Positions 1-10,234 are shown, counted from the first letter of the stretch. The stretch is 32,000 bases of DNA from Promethearchaeota archaeon (GCA_016933055.1 JAFGBS010000009.1:390001-422000); one strand, 5' to 3'. Translations and numbers: made by a program. The notes: generated from the letters alone by a model not told the origin.

Positions 1-784
1 TAACTAGTACCACTCCAATAATCCATACCGGTATCCCAGGTATTTTTCCACTTCTACAATCATTATCATAAATATTATTAGTATTTTCAGGATCTGTAGG
101 ATTGTAAATACAGTCTATTTTATTATACAAAAAGATATTATCAAACACCTCATTATAGTAGGATGATTGTAATAACAATCCATACAAGTTATTTTCAAGA
201 AAGAGATTGTATTGTATTATATTATAATCTGAGTAGTATAACTCTATACCAGATTCGTTATTACTTAATGTAACTACATCGTAAAAGGTGTTATTATGAG
301 AATTGAATAATGAAATTCCTGATTTTTTACTTAATATGCTGGCAGTTCGATTTGTATGAGTTTTATTTGTATTTTCAAGAAAAATACCATAGGAATTGTT
401 CACAAAATGGCAATCGAGAATTGTGATATGCTCTGCATTCAGCAAATACAATCCTTTACTATTTAAAGCTACTTTAAATTCAGATACATTAACGTTTTGT
501 ATGTTAAGATATCGACTGGTGTTAATGATCATTATCCCATTTTGTGCACCATCATAAAGAATTTCAAAATTTTCAATAACATGCGGATTTGTCTCTGTAC
601 CATCGGTTTCATTTCCCGCACAAAAGGCATCTAATTCTGCATCCCCGTTAATTATAAAACTACCATGATATTGTGGGAGAATTGCCATAGATTTGGCAGT
701 AGGCACCCCCAAAAATGAGCTACTAATCCATACCATACTACTAATACACATAAGAATAATGATAAGATGATTTCTTCTTAGCAT
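1..784 (-). CDS. Secreted/surface right-handed beta-helix (NosD/CASH-like) protein with C-terminal membrane anchor; 3' end runs off the window
   Basis: Not in the ORF track. Manual translation from ATG at 784 is stop-free to position 2: signal-peptide-like MLRRNHLIIILMCISSMVWISS, then FIINGDAELDAFC..GTETNPHVIENFEI, beta-helix repeats (NNSYGIFLEN, NNESGIELYYSDYN, NNLYGLLLQSSYYN), ending ..GKIPGIPVWIIGVVLV (Loki-CTERM-like). Confidence 0.85.
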   Translation of the reverse strand, partial: MLRRNHLIIILMCISSMVWISSSFLGVPTAKSMAILPQYHGSFIINGDAELDAFCAGNETDGTETNPHVIENFEILYDGAQNGIMIINTSRYLNIQNVNVSEFKVALNSKGLYLLNAEHITILDCHFVNNSYGIFLENTNKTHTNRTASILSKKSGISLFNSHNNTFYDVVTLSNNESGIELYYSDYNIIQYNLFLENNLYGLLLQSSYYNEVFDNIFLYNKIDCIYNPTDPENTNNIYDNDCRSGKIPGIPVWIIGVVLV

Positions 785-859
785 TTCAAACTATAATCAT
801 GGTGAGCACTAAAAAAATATTTGGTTACCTAATGAAAGATTTCGTGATAGTAGATTCCG

Positions 860-2140
860 TTACGGATTGATTGTATGAAGCGACTTAACCTCACGGCTTT
901 TCATCAACACGTCAGAAATCAAAGTGGCGATCTTATCTAACTCCAATTGTTGTCCTTTTAATTTATTTACTAATAACTGGAGCTGTTTTTCAGTACCAAT
1001 GAGAATAACCTTCTGATTTTTTTCATATTTTTGATTTTCAGTCGTTACTACATTTTTATGAATTGCAACGTCTCCACCACGCGCCAAGAGCTCCTGCTTT
1101 AAAACTAAAGCTTGAGGGGCGGTGATATTTTCTAGTAGGATTAATTTCGTGATCATTTTGGTATCCATGATACGAGCGCCAGCGGGGGTGACCCCCATTC
1201 TTCGTAAATAATACCGAGCTTCAATCGGTTCGCGAATGCATGATATAAATTCTGCCGTAATTCCATCTAATTCAGAAACGAGCGGATTTTTCCTAATAGC
1301 ATATGCCATTGTAACCATCTCTTGTAATTCATCCGTAACGTCATGGGTGCGAATAATATGTGCCCCATTATAGACTGCAATCGTTGTCGCAGCTAGCGTT
1401 CCAATCAACCGATCTTCCGGATCTTTTTTATCCAATACCGAGCCTATAAAGGACTTTCTAGAAATTCCAACTAAAATGGGCTGGAGGAATACCCGAAATC
1501 GTTCTAGATCATCAATAATCGACAAATCATACTCGAAGGTTTTTTCAGGTACCCATTTGCCAATTCCAGGATCGATAATTAATTTATTCATATCATAATT
1601 TTTCTGTTCTAAAGTCTGTATACTCTCGAACAAGGATTCGAGAATCGAATCTACGGATAATAAATCTCCTGGTCTTTTATGTGACGCCATTAAAATTAAA
1701 GGGATATCATGGTCAATAATGGTGTCAATCATATGTGGATCAATCTTCAATCCAGAGACATCGTTAATGATAACTCTCAAATTTTCTTGTTGCAGTTGAG
1801 TTATGCAATATTTTGCTATATCAGAATATTGGGTATCAACTGAAATAATGATATCTTTTGGTAAAGACTCACATAATGTAGAGATATAAGGTTTCAATCG
1901 TTCTAATTCTTCCTCTCGAGTAATAGATATCACGCCAGGTGCTGTAGATCGGGATCCGACATCTAATATCTTCACACCCTTTTTCAAAAAGTCTTTAACA
2001 ACACCATTAAAAATATCTGGTTGGATAACACTTCCCTTGTAAAAACTTTCTGGAGACAGATTAAGAATACCTTGAAATAATGGGGGTGTTTGATCACCGA
2101 TGAAGAAATCGGGGAAAATATCTCGATGAATTATAACCAT
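860..2140 (-). CDS. folP: Dihydropteroate synthase (archaeal type) with extra C-terminal domain
   Basis: Motifs GILNLSPESFY, ILDVGSRST, ISVDT, INDVSG, IIDPGIG, VGISRKSFIG, IIRTHDV; about 130-aa C-terminal domain containing LVLKQELLARGGDVA. Confidence 0.9.
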   Translation of the reverse strand: MVIIHRDIFPDFFIGDQTPPLFQGILNLSPESFYKGSVIQPDIFNGVVKDFLKKGVKILDVGSRSTAPGVISITREEELERLKPYISTLCESLPKDIIISVDTQYSDIAKYCITQLQQENLRVIINDVSGLKIDPHMIDTIIDHDIPLILMASHKRPGDLLSVDSILESLFESIQTLEQKNYDMNKLIIDPGIGKWVPEKTFEYDLSIIDDLERFRVFLQPILVGISRKSFIGSVLDKKDPEDRLIGTLAATTIAVYNGAHIIRTHDVTDELQEMVTMAYAIRKNPLVSELDGITAEFISCIREPIEARYYLRRMGVTPAGARIMDTKMITKLILLENITAPQALVLKQELLARGGDVAIHKNVVTTENQKYEKNQKVILIGTEKQLQLLVNKLKGQQLELDKIATLISDVLMKSREVKSLHTINP

Positions 2141-2408
2141 ACACTCAAATTGGTTTACTTAAGTTAAAGAGTTTTTCAAGGGATAAAAAGCATCGAAATC
2201 CAATGACAAATCTTAATCCAGAAAGCGTTTTTACCGACAAAATGGGGATTTTCCTTGCTAATATCAGCCAAAATCCTAACAGTTTTAAGGTTATCTATTT
2301 AAGTCTTAGTTCATTGTAATTATATGTATATTCGAATAAAATCCACTTTAATTTACTTTTAAAATAGAAAATTCTCAGCGTTAGACGATTTAATCTTAAA
2401 AATTCTGG

Positions 2409-4583
2409 ATGAATACCATGGAAAACTCGAAGGAAACTCCACAATACAAAACCGTTCCAATAAAAAGAAGTTATGATGCATCTGATATTATTATCCTCAA
2501 GGGATTGGAAGGAATTCGGAAGCGTCCAGCCATGTACATCGGTAGTACTGGGAAGGATGGATGGCATCACTTGCTCTGGGAAGTTGTTGACAATTCAATC
2601 GATGAGATCATGGCAGGAGGTTGTAATTCTATCAATGTCTCTTTAAATAAGGAAGGTAGTATCACAATTGAGGATAACGGTCGTGGGATTCCTATCGAAA
2701 TACATAAAGAATACAACCGCCCCACATTAGAAGTTATCGTAACAAATCTACATGCGGGAGGAAAATTTAAAAAAGATAGTTACAAAATCTCGGGAGGTCT
2801 TCATGGAGTTGGGCTTTCCGTGGTTGCTGCGTTATCTGAATGGATGTACGTAGAGGTATTTCGTGATGGAAAATACAGTGTACAAAAATTTGGAAAAGGA
2901 AATACCTTATCCAATTTATTAACTCGTCCTGTCGAGGAATACCAAGAAACTTCTGCTTTTAGGCGTGCTGAGAGACTTAATCTCACAAAACGGAATTTTG
3001 GAATGGGATCCCAACATAAGAAAAATGGAGAAGGAAAAGTACACAAAAACGGTGACGGTAACGGAAATGGAGAAGAAGAAGACATTAATTTTCAGTTTGA
3101 ACTTGGAATAGAAAATAATTACCATGGAACGAGAATCACTTTTATTCCGGACATTACTATTTTTCCCTCAATGATTGAGGAAGAACAGGTATTCGATTTT
3201 GATTTGATAAACACCAGATTGAGAGAATTAGCTTACCTTAATCCTGATGTTGAAATCCAAATTTATGATGAAATAACTAAAAAATATAATGATCACCATT
3301 ATGAAGGTGGAACAAGCGAGTTTGTATCTTACCTTAATAGCGGGAATAAAGTGTTGTTTGATGAACCTATCTCTATTCACAAGACTGAAGATGAAGTAGA
3401 CGTAGAGATTGCAATACAATATAATTACACATATTTAGAGCATATCATCTCTTTTGTAAATAATGTGAGTACACCTGAAGGAGGAACTCACGTAACTGGA
3501 TTTAAATCTTCATTAACTCGAACCATAAATCAGTATTTAACAAAATACCCCAGTAAAAAACTCAAAGACCATAATTTTTCGGGAACGGACGTGAGGGAAG
3601 GATTGACTGCAATCATTAACGTAAAAGTCCCAGAACCGCAATTTGAAGGTCAAACTAAATCAAAACTAGGCAATATGGAAGTTCAAGGAATTGTTAGTAG
3701 TGTAGTTACAGAAATGTTGGGGAAATTCCTCGAAGAAAATCCTGGTACGTCGAAATTAATTCTTGATAAATGCTTATTAGCTCAAAAAGCACGCATTGCA
3801 TCGAAAAATGCACGTGATCTCACACGAAGAAAATCTGCATTGGACTCTGGTCGTCTTCCGGGAAAATTGGCGGATTGCTCCTCTAAAAATGCCGAAGATT
3901 CTGAACTATTTATTGTTGAGGGTCCAAGTGCCGGGGGATCCGCTAAACAAGGCAGAAACAGGGAAATACAAGCAGTATTACCCTTACGAGGAAAAATTCT
4001 AAACGTCGAAAAAGCACGACCATTAAAAATCACCGAAAACGCTGAAATTCGTTCATTAATTTTAGCAATCGGAACTGGAATTTATACCAGTGAGGATTCT
4101 GGATTTGACATTGATAATCTACGATATCATAAGATCATCATTATGTGTGATGCTGACATCGATGGGGCTCATATCAAAACTCTACTTTTGACTTTTTTCT
4201 TCCGCTATATGCGACCTCTTATTGAAAATGATAACCTCTATGTCGCGGTACCACCTCTTTATCTCGTTTCGTATAAAAAAACAAAGAAATATATTTATGA
4301 TGATAAAGGGCTCAGTCCGTATTTAGATGAACTAAGAGAGCAATACAATTTAGAAGATAACGAGAGTATTAAGATTCAAAGGTTCAAAGGTTTAGGAGAG
4401 ATGAATCCTGAAGAACTATGGGAAACTACTATGGATCCTGAGAACCGTACACTCATCAAGATAGGATTTAATGATTTCACTGAAACCCATCAATTATTTA
4501 ATACCCTAATGGGGGAGGAAGTTTTTCCACGGAAAAAATTCATCATGGACCATTACAAAAATGTTCAAAATCTGGACATATAA
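2409..4583 (+). CDS. gyrB: DNA gyrase subunit B
   Basis: GHKL motifs EVVDNSIDE, DNGRGIP, LHAGGKF, GGLHGVG; PQFEGQTK; TOPRIM VEGPSAGG, PLRGKILN, DADIDG; QRFKGLGEMNP; alternative start at ATG 2418. Confidence 0.98.
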   Translation: MNTMENSKETPQYKTVPIKRSYDASDIIILKGLEGIRKRPAMYIGSTGKDGWHHLLWEVVDNSIDEIMAGGCNSINVSLNKEGSITIEDNGRGIPIEIHKEYNRPTLEVIVTNLHAGGKFKKDSYKISGGLHGVGLSVVAALSEWMYVEVFRDGKYSVQKFGKGNTLSNLLTRPVEEYQETSAFRRAERLNLTKRNFGMGSQHKKNGEGKVHKNGDGNGNGEEEDINFQFELGIENNYHGTRITFIPDITIFPSMIEEEQVFDFDLINTRLRELAYLNPDVEIQIYDEITKKYNDHHYEGGTSEFVSYLNSGNKVLFDEPISIHKTEDEVDVEIAIQYNYTYLEHIISFVNNVSTPEGGTHVTGFKSSLTRTINQYLTKYPSKKLKDHNFSGTDVREGLTAIINVKVPEPQFEGQTKSKLGNMEVQGIVSSVVTEMLGKFLEENPGTSKLILDKCLLAQKARIASKNARDLTRRKSALDSGRLPGKLADCSSKNAEDSELFIVEGPSAGGSAKQGRNREIQAVLPLRGKILNVEKARPLKITENAEIRSLILAIGTGIYTSEDSGFDIDNLRYHKIIIMCDADIDGAHIKTLLLTFFFRYMRPLIENDNLYVAVPPLYLVSYKKTKKYIYDDKGLSPYLDELREQYNLEDNESIKIQRFKGLGEMNPEELWETTMDPENRTLIKIGFNDFTETHQLFNTLMGEEVFPRKKFIMDHYKNVQNLDI

Positions 4584-4601
4584 TGAGGTTAGGTTGATAA
4601 T

Positions 4602-7600
4602 ATGACGGAAATTGAAGAAGAAACATCCAAAAAACAAAGAAGTTCTGTAAGGGCTGAATCCATAAATACCCAGATGACACAGTCGTATCTAGATTACGCT
4701 TATTCTGTAATTATTGGTCGTGCGATTCCTGATGTTCGGGACGGTTTAAAACCTGTCCAGAGACGTATAGTGTATTCAATGTACACTAATAAATTCACAC
4801 ATACTAATCCTTATCGAAAATGTGCCCGAATCGTGGGTGATGTGTTAGGAAAATACCATCCCCATGGAGACGCTTCCGTATATGATTCTTTGGTTCGTAT
4901 GGCCCAAGATTTTTCGTTGCGATATCCATTAATCGATGGTCAAGGTAATTTTGGTTCCATAGACGGGGATCCGCCAGCTGCAATGCGATACTGTATAACA
5001 GGTGACTCACTGATTCTTACTGAAAATGGTATTATTCCCATCAAAGAGCTAACAGATTTAACCGATAATAAAACATCTCATTCAGATAAAGAAAATGGCT
5101 ATGAGGAGGATATAGACATTGAGATTTTATCAACAGGGAACACCAACAAAGCAAGCAAATTTTTTGATTCTGGAAGTCATGATATAATTCAAGTTAATAC
5201 AAATCTTGGTTATTCTATTAAGGGATCAAAGAATCATCCAATTCTATGTTGGGCTCCAGATATTAATGGAAAACCCACTACAATCTGGAAAACACTAGAA
5301 ACGCTTTCAATGGATGATGTCGTAGTACTTAACAGAAAAGGATTATTCACCAAACAAAATTATGATACAAAACCTCATATTCCCGAAATATCTGAAAATA
5401 GGCGTAGAGTTGAATTTCCAGAAGAAATTACTGAAGAATTAGCCTTTTCTCTAGGAGCTCTTATTGCTGAGGGCAGTGTTTCAGATACAGAACAGCAAAG
5501 ACTCTCATTTAACAATAAAGATCACAAATATTACGAAAAAGTCAAAAATGGATTACTAAATTCATTTCCAGGACTTACTGTGAACGAAAGAGAAGAATAT
5601 AATGGATGGAAAGAGTTTTCTCTTCATGTGAGAGATGTTCTTGATTTTCTTTATAGCATAGGACTTACTCCAGTCAAATCAGATAAGAAAGAGATACCAT
5701 TCTCAGTTTTACGCTCAAGTAAACCAGTTATAGCATCATTTTTAAAAGCATTGTTTGAAGGTGATGGGTCAATTCAAATAAATACAGATGCGAGACAGAG
5801 AGAGAAAACATCCAATCTAACCTACACATCAAAAAGCGTTAAATTACTTAATCAGTTAAAGAATGTTCTACTTAGTTTTGGAATAACCACGAGTCATCTT
5901 GTTTCAGATCCAAGAAATGATGTATTCAGAATTGTAATTCTTGGTTTAGAATCCAAGAGGAAATTCTTTGATGAAATCGGTTTCTTTTCATCAAGAAAAG
6001 CTGAAAGATTTAGAAAAAATAATGAAATAAATACTACTAGACTTAGCAAGACAGACTTTATTCCTTATCTAACTGAATATTTTAGAAATAAATACAATAA
6101 TCGATTTGATGAATTCTTTCAAAAACAGAATATTGATCGATATAACTCACTTCATAGGAAAATTAATCACATTCGTACTTTAGTAGAAAATAATGATGCA
6201 TTGTATCTTAATCAAATATTAGAAGATAATTACTTATATCAGGGAATTTCATCAATTAATCAACTTCCAAAGGAACATGTTTACTCAATTCGTGTTGATT
6301 CAGATTGCCATTCGTTCACAGCAAATGGTTTCATAAATCATAACACAGAAGCTCGATTGGATGTTATAGCCAGTGAGCTAATTGCTGACATAGAAAAAGA
6401 TACAGTGGGATTTGTACCTAATTTTGATGAATCTTTGAAAGAACCGGTATTCATGCCTTCAAAAATTCCGAACCTTATGATTAATGGTGCGAGTGGAATT
6501 GCAGTAGGCATGAGTACGAATATGCCTCCCTATAATCTTCGGGAGGTGGTACAAGGGATTATCGCAGTGATTGATAATCCCTACATGTATCCGGAAGAAT
6601 TATCCAAATACATAAAAGGTCCGGATTTTCCAACTAAAGGCATTATTATGGGTCGAAAAGGTATTCGAAACATAATAAATATGGGTAGAGGGAAAATTAC
6701 CGTTCGAGGAAGGGTGGAAATTGAAGAAAAATGTATGATCATAACGGAAATCCCTTATCAAGTAAATAAATTGAGACTAGTAGAGAATATCGCACGATTA
6801 ATCAATCATAAAAAAATTCGGGGTGTTTCGGATCTACGGGACGAATCTAACCGAGAAGGAATACGTATCGTATTAGATTTGACTAGGGATGCCGATCCGA
6901 ATGCTATAAAGTATCAATTATTCAGCATGACGCGATTGCAATCCTCTTATAGTATTCTCAATCGGGTACTTGTTGATAATAATGGTTTACAGCCTGCAAT
7001 TTTAAACATAATGGCCTTAATCAAGGCTCACATAGACAATCGAGAACAAATCATCATACGTAGAACCCAATATGATTTAGATCAAGCAAAAAAAAGACTG
7101 CATATTGCTGATGGGTTGTTAATTGCAATCCAAAATATCGACGAAGTAATACAAGTCATTAAAAAATCATCCGATACAACTGACGCACGGCAAGCCTTGA
7201 TGACCACCTTTTCCTTAACGGAGATACAAACAGATGCGATTTTAGAAATGCCACTCCGACGATTAACAAGTTTACAGACAAAAAAACTTCAAGATGAAAA
7301 AATAACCATCATAGAGAATATTCAGTTATGTGAGCAGATCCTAACAGATAAAAAAATGCGAATGACTATTATCAAAGAAGAATTGCACGAAATTGATAAA
7401 AAATATGGTGATGATCGTCTAACCGAGATTGAAGATGCACCAGAAGAGGCAGATGACCCTGAAGAAGAACAACTTAAGGTTATCCCTGAAGAAACTTGTG
7501 TAATAATTCTTACGGAGAATCAGTACATCAAGCGTATGACACTAAAGACATATCAAGCGCAAAATCGTGGGGGGAAAGGCAAAAAAGGTATTAATAAGCG

Positions 7601-8519
7601 TGAAGAAGATATCATTCGCGATGTGTACGTTGTTTCCAGTCATGATAAAGTATTATTATTTACGAAGATGGGTCGTGTATATTCTAAATACGCTTATGAA
7701 ATTCCTTTAATGAGTCGTACTTCTCGCGGAAAAGCCTTTGTAAATTTTGTGGGATTAAAACCGGACGAACAGATTGTACACATAGTTCCCGTTGCAGATT
7801 TTTTCCAAGAGGATTTTCTGATATTCGTAACCAAGCGAGGAATGGTGAAAAGGACAAATATTCGAGAATTCAAGAATATTCGCAAAACTGGTATATTGGC
7901 CATAAATTTACGCGAGAATGATGAATTGGTCAATGTGAAATTATCTGAAGAGGATTATTATATTTTAATCGCTACTGAAAATGGATACGCTATTAAATTT
8001 TCGGATTTAGAAGTTCGTCCTTTAAGTAGGAAAGCGATGGGGGTTGTAGGGATTCGGTTACGCGAAGAAGATAGCGTTGTAGATATGGTCATTGGAGATA
8101 ATGAAACAGATGTAATTACAATTACTAAAAATGGTTATGGAAAACGCTCAAAAGTGGAACTCTATCGGGAAACTCGTCGAGGAGGAAAAGGCGTAATTAA
8201 TATTAAATTCCATGATCCGGATGACTGTGTAACGGCAATAAAAGCAGCTACCGATGAAGATTTGTTAATTGCTACTACCAATGGAATTCTCATCCGTGTA
8301 CCATCCCTGAGTTTGCGCTCACTCAGTAGAAGTGCAAAAGGAGTAAAAGTAATTGAACTAAATGAAGATGATTTTGTTTCCAGTGTTGCCCTTTGTGAGC
8401 ATGCTTATGAAGATTATGAGGGAGATCTAGAGGACCAAAACAATGAATCTGAAGAAGATGAAGAATCTGACGAAGAATCTGATGAAGCAAACGAAGGGGC
8501 GCCACAAACAGAGAAATAA
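4602..8519 (+). CDS. gyrA: DNA gyrase subunit A, intein-containing precursor (1305 aa; about 854 aa after splicing)
   Basis: [31 protein letters not shown]|intein|[21 protein letters not shown]; GyrA-box QNRGGKG; beta-pinwheel repeats; acidic tail. Confidence 0.98.
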   Translation: MTEIEEETSKKQRSSVRAESINTQMTQSYLDYAYSVIIGRAIPDVRDGLKPVQRRIVYSMYTNKFTHTNPYRKCARIVGDVLGKYHPHGDASVYDSLVRMAQDFSLRYPLIDGQGNFGSIDGDPPAAMRYCITGDSLILTENGIIPIKELTDLTDNKTSHSDKENGYEEDIDIEILSTGNTNKASKFFDSGSHDIIQVNTNLGYSIKGSKNHPILCWAPDINGKPTTIWKTLETLSMDDVVVLNRKGLFTKQNYDTKPHIPEISENRRRVEFPEEITEELAFSLGALIAEGSVSDTEQQRLSFNNKDHKYYEKVKNGLLNSFPGLTVNEREEYNGWKEFSLHVRDVLDFLYSIGLTPVKSDKKEIPFSVLRSSKPVIASFLKALFEGDGSIQINTDARQREKTSNLTYTSKSVKLLNQLKNVLLSFGITTSHLVSDPRNDVFRIVILGLESKRKFFDEIGFFSSRKAERFRKNNEINTTRLSKTDFIPYLTEYFRNKYNNRFDEFFQKQNIDRYNSLHRKINHIRTLVENNDALYLNQILEDNYLYQGISSINQLPKEHVYSIRVDSDCHSFTANGFINHNTEARLDVIASELIADIEKDTVGFVPNFDESLKEPVFMPSKIPNLMINGASGIAVGMSTNMPPYNLREVVQGIIAVIDNPYMYPEELSKYIKGPDFPTKGIIMGRKGIRNIINMGRGKITVRGRVEIEEKCMIITEIPYQVNKLRLVENIARLINHKKIRGVSDLRDESNREGIRIVLDLTRDADPNAIKYQLFSMTRLQSSYSILNRVLVDNNGLQPAILNIMALIKAHIDNREQIIIRRTQYDLDQAKKRLHIADGLLIAIQNIDEVIQVIKKSSDTTDARQALMTTFSLTEIQTDAILEMPLRRLTSLQTKKLQDEKITIIENIQLCEQILTDKKMRMTIIKEELHEIDKKYGDDRLTEIEDAPEEADDPEEEQLKVIPEETCVIILTENQYIKRMTLKTYQAQNRGGKGKKGINKREEDIIRDVYVVSSHDKVLLFTKMGRVYSKYAYEIPLMSRTSRGKAFVNFVGLKPDEQIVHIVPVADFFQEDFLIFVTKRGMVKRTNIREFKNIRKTGILAINLRENDELVNVKLSEEDYYILIATENGYAIKFSDLEVRPLSRKAMGVVGIRLREEDSVVDMVIGDNETDVITITKNGYGKRSKVELYRETRRGGKGVINIKFHDPDDCVTAIKAATDEDLLIATTNGILIRVPSLSLRSLSRSAKGVKVIELNEDDFVSSVALCEHAYEDYEGDLEDQNNESEEDEESDEESDEANEGAPQTEK
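4992..6344 (+). mobile_element. Intein (451 aa) with LAGLIDADG homing endonuclease at the GyrA catalytic-Tyr site
   Basis: Starts [10 protein letters not shown] immediately after AAMRY (Tyr130) and ends ANGFINHN followed by Thr(+1); block B-like GSKNHPIL; LAGLIDADG-like [10 protein letters not shown] and [11 protein letters not shown]; removing it restores AAMRYTEARL. Confidence 0.97.
8456..8485 (+). repeat. Short imperfect tandem repeat (GA(T/C)GAAGAATCT x2 + GATGAA) encoding the acidic GyrA tail [10 protein letters not shown]
   Basis: Sequence gatgaagaatctgacgaagaatctgatgaa read directly. Confidence 0.7.
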
Positions 8520-8596
8520 TAGTTCTATTCTTAATGTTTTTGTATTGTTTTCCTTGCCAATATGAAGAAAAATTGATGATAGAGAATACTCATCTC

Positions 8597-8623
8597 TTCA
8601 TTCCTAAATTTCTAAGGAATGAA
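8597..8623. terminator. Inverted repeat downstream of gyrA (possible terminator or operator)
   Basis: TTCATTCCT-N9-AGGAATGAA, perfect 9-bp arms; function not established. Confidence 0.35.
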
Positions 8624-8718
8624 AGGAATACTACATAAAAACCGCTTATGTTTTTTGAAAAAGAATATAGGAAAGGTTACAGTAATTAAAAATATAAGCT
8701 AAGAATTGCATGCTTAGA

Positions 8719-8738
8719 TATAGCAATTTTTTGCTATA
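8719..8738. promoter_or_regulatory. Palindrome 28 nt upstream of the small GTPase gene
   Basis: TATAGCAA-TTTT-TTGCTATA, perfect 8-bp arms at the expected archaeal TATA/operator distance. Confidence 0.45.
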
Positions 8739-8765
8739 AAAAACACAAAAGGAAATCGATCACAC

Positions 8766-9386
8766 ATGCCATCTAGACGCGGGGATAATTCATTAGTCTT
8801 CAAGATCGTCTTTTATGGTCCAACTATGGGAGGAAAAACAACCGCTCTTGAATGGATCTATAAGAAAGAGGGTCTAGCAAGCGGTAAATTGCAGAGCATC
8901 GCCGATCCGACTGGAAGAACACTTTTTTTTGATCGCGTTGTTGCGCGCGTATCAAACGTAGTTTTCCAATGTTTTACTGTAGCTGGCCAACGACGTCATA
9001 AATACCAAAGGAAGACTGTGATCAAGGGTGCCGACGCCATTATATTCGTTTGGGACTCTAGCCCTGATATGTGGGAAGAAAACATCTGGAGCTTCAAGGA
9101 GCTGATGCAATTCTATGGTCCAAAGTTGCTACCAGGTGAAGACGGACAGAGCGAAATTCCGTTAGTTATGTGCGCCAACAAGCGAGATTTACCAAATGTT
9201 ACACCAGTCGATAAAGTAAAAGAAGTCTTAACCAAAGCTGGGTTAGGAAATACCTTAATTTATGAAACCATAGCAATTACTGGAGTTAATGTCAAACGAG
9301 CGTTTGTTTATGGGGCACGGGAAGCCGTTCTGAAGCACTATTTGAAACTCAAAGGCTCGGGATCGGAACAAGCCACTGCATACTAA
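8766..9386 (+). CDS. mglA: MglA-family small Ras-like GTPase
   Basis: KIVFYGPTMGGKTT (G1), GRTLFFD (G2 with intrinsic Arg), FTVAGQ (MglA-type TVxGQ G3), ANKRDLP (G4), ETIAITG (G5). Confidence 0.85.
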   Translation: MPSRRGDNSLVFKIVFYGPTMGGKTTALEWIYKKEGLASGKLQSIADPTGRTLFFDRVVARVSNVVFQCFTVAGQRRHKYQRKTVIKGADAIIFVWDSSPDMWEENIWSFKELMQFYGPKLLPGEDGQSEIPLVMCANKRDLPNVTPVDKVKEVLTKAGLGNTLIYETIAITGVNVKRAFVYGAREAVLKHYLKLKGSGSEQATAY

Positions 9387-9429
9387 GCTTGTATAAAGAA
9401 TAGTCGAGATCACGACCCATTTTTTCTTT

Positions 9430-10182
9430 TTATTTCTCGTTTTCAGAAAATAACAATTTTGCTGAATCAAAATCGAGATAAACATCAGTATTTTTATGGA
9501 TTTTAAACACCGAAGCTGGCACCTCTGGGGTAATTGGCATATCAGGATGTAGTGCATCATACACGGCTTTCTGTTTTCGTTTGTCCGGACAAATGCATAT
9601 TATATGTTCTGCCTTTAAAATCTGCCTTATGGAAATGGAAATTGCATGAGTGGGCACTTCTTCGAAGGTACGAAACCATCCCTCTCCAACTTGTTGTCGC
9701 CGACATTTTTCATCCAATTCTACGATAATATAAGGTGCTTCCGTCTCAAAATCAGCTGGAGGATCATTAAACGCAATGTGCCCATTCTCCCCGATACCAA
9801 CAAATATAACATCAATTGGTGCCATGTTTAACAAATTTCCTATCCTTTTGCATTCTTGTTCAGAATCTGGTGGATCTCCTTGGATCAGGTGCGTATTTGG
9901 GTGATGAACAACATCGATAAATCGATCTTTAAGGAATTTCTCAAAGCTTGCAGGATGATCCTCACCAATACCAAGGTATTGATCCAGATGAAACATCTCG
10001 GTTTTTTCCCACGGAATATCCATAGCAACTAAGTTCTCTAGAAAATCGTATTGAGATATACCAGTTGCCATAACAAAGCGTGTACAATCTTTTTCTTGAA
10101 TACTATTAAGGATTATTTCTGCGGCTTTTTTCGCCGCTTCTTTCCCCATTTTCTTCTTATCAGAAAAGATATGAATATTCAT
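9430..10182 (-). CDS. nagB: Glucosamine-6-phosphate deaminase (NagB/6PGL family)
   Basis: MATGISQ, FHLDQY, HPASF, GIGENGHIAFNDPP, QVGEGWF, AISISIRQIL, PASVFKIH. Confidence 0.85.
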   Translation of the reverse strand: MNIHIFSDKKKMGKEAAKKAAEIILNSIQEKDCTRFVMATGISQYDFLENLVAMDIPWEKTEMFHLDQYLGIGEDHPASFEKFLKDRFIDVVHHPNTHLIQGDPPDSEQECKRIGNLLNMAPIDVIFVGIGENGHIAFNDPPADFETEAPYIIVELDEKCRRQQVGEGWFRTFEEVPTHAISISIRQILKAEHIICICPDKRKQKAVYDALHPDMPITPEVPASVFKIHKNTDVYLDFDSAKLLFSENEK

Positions 10183-10234
10183 GTATGAAAAAAAATCAGT
10201 TCTAATGGTAAATAAACGTGTTTTTTGTGACTTA

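Noticed and set aside
2919-3122. GyrB insertion as a mini-intein
   Set aside because: No Cys/Ser start, no His-Asn end, and too short
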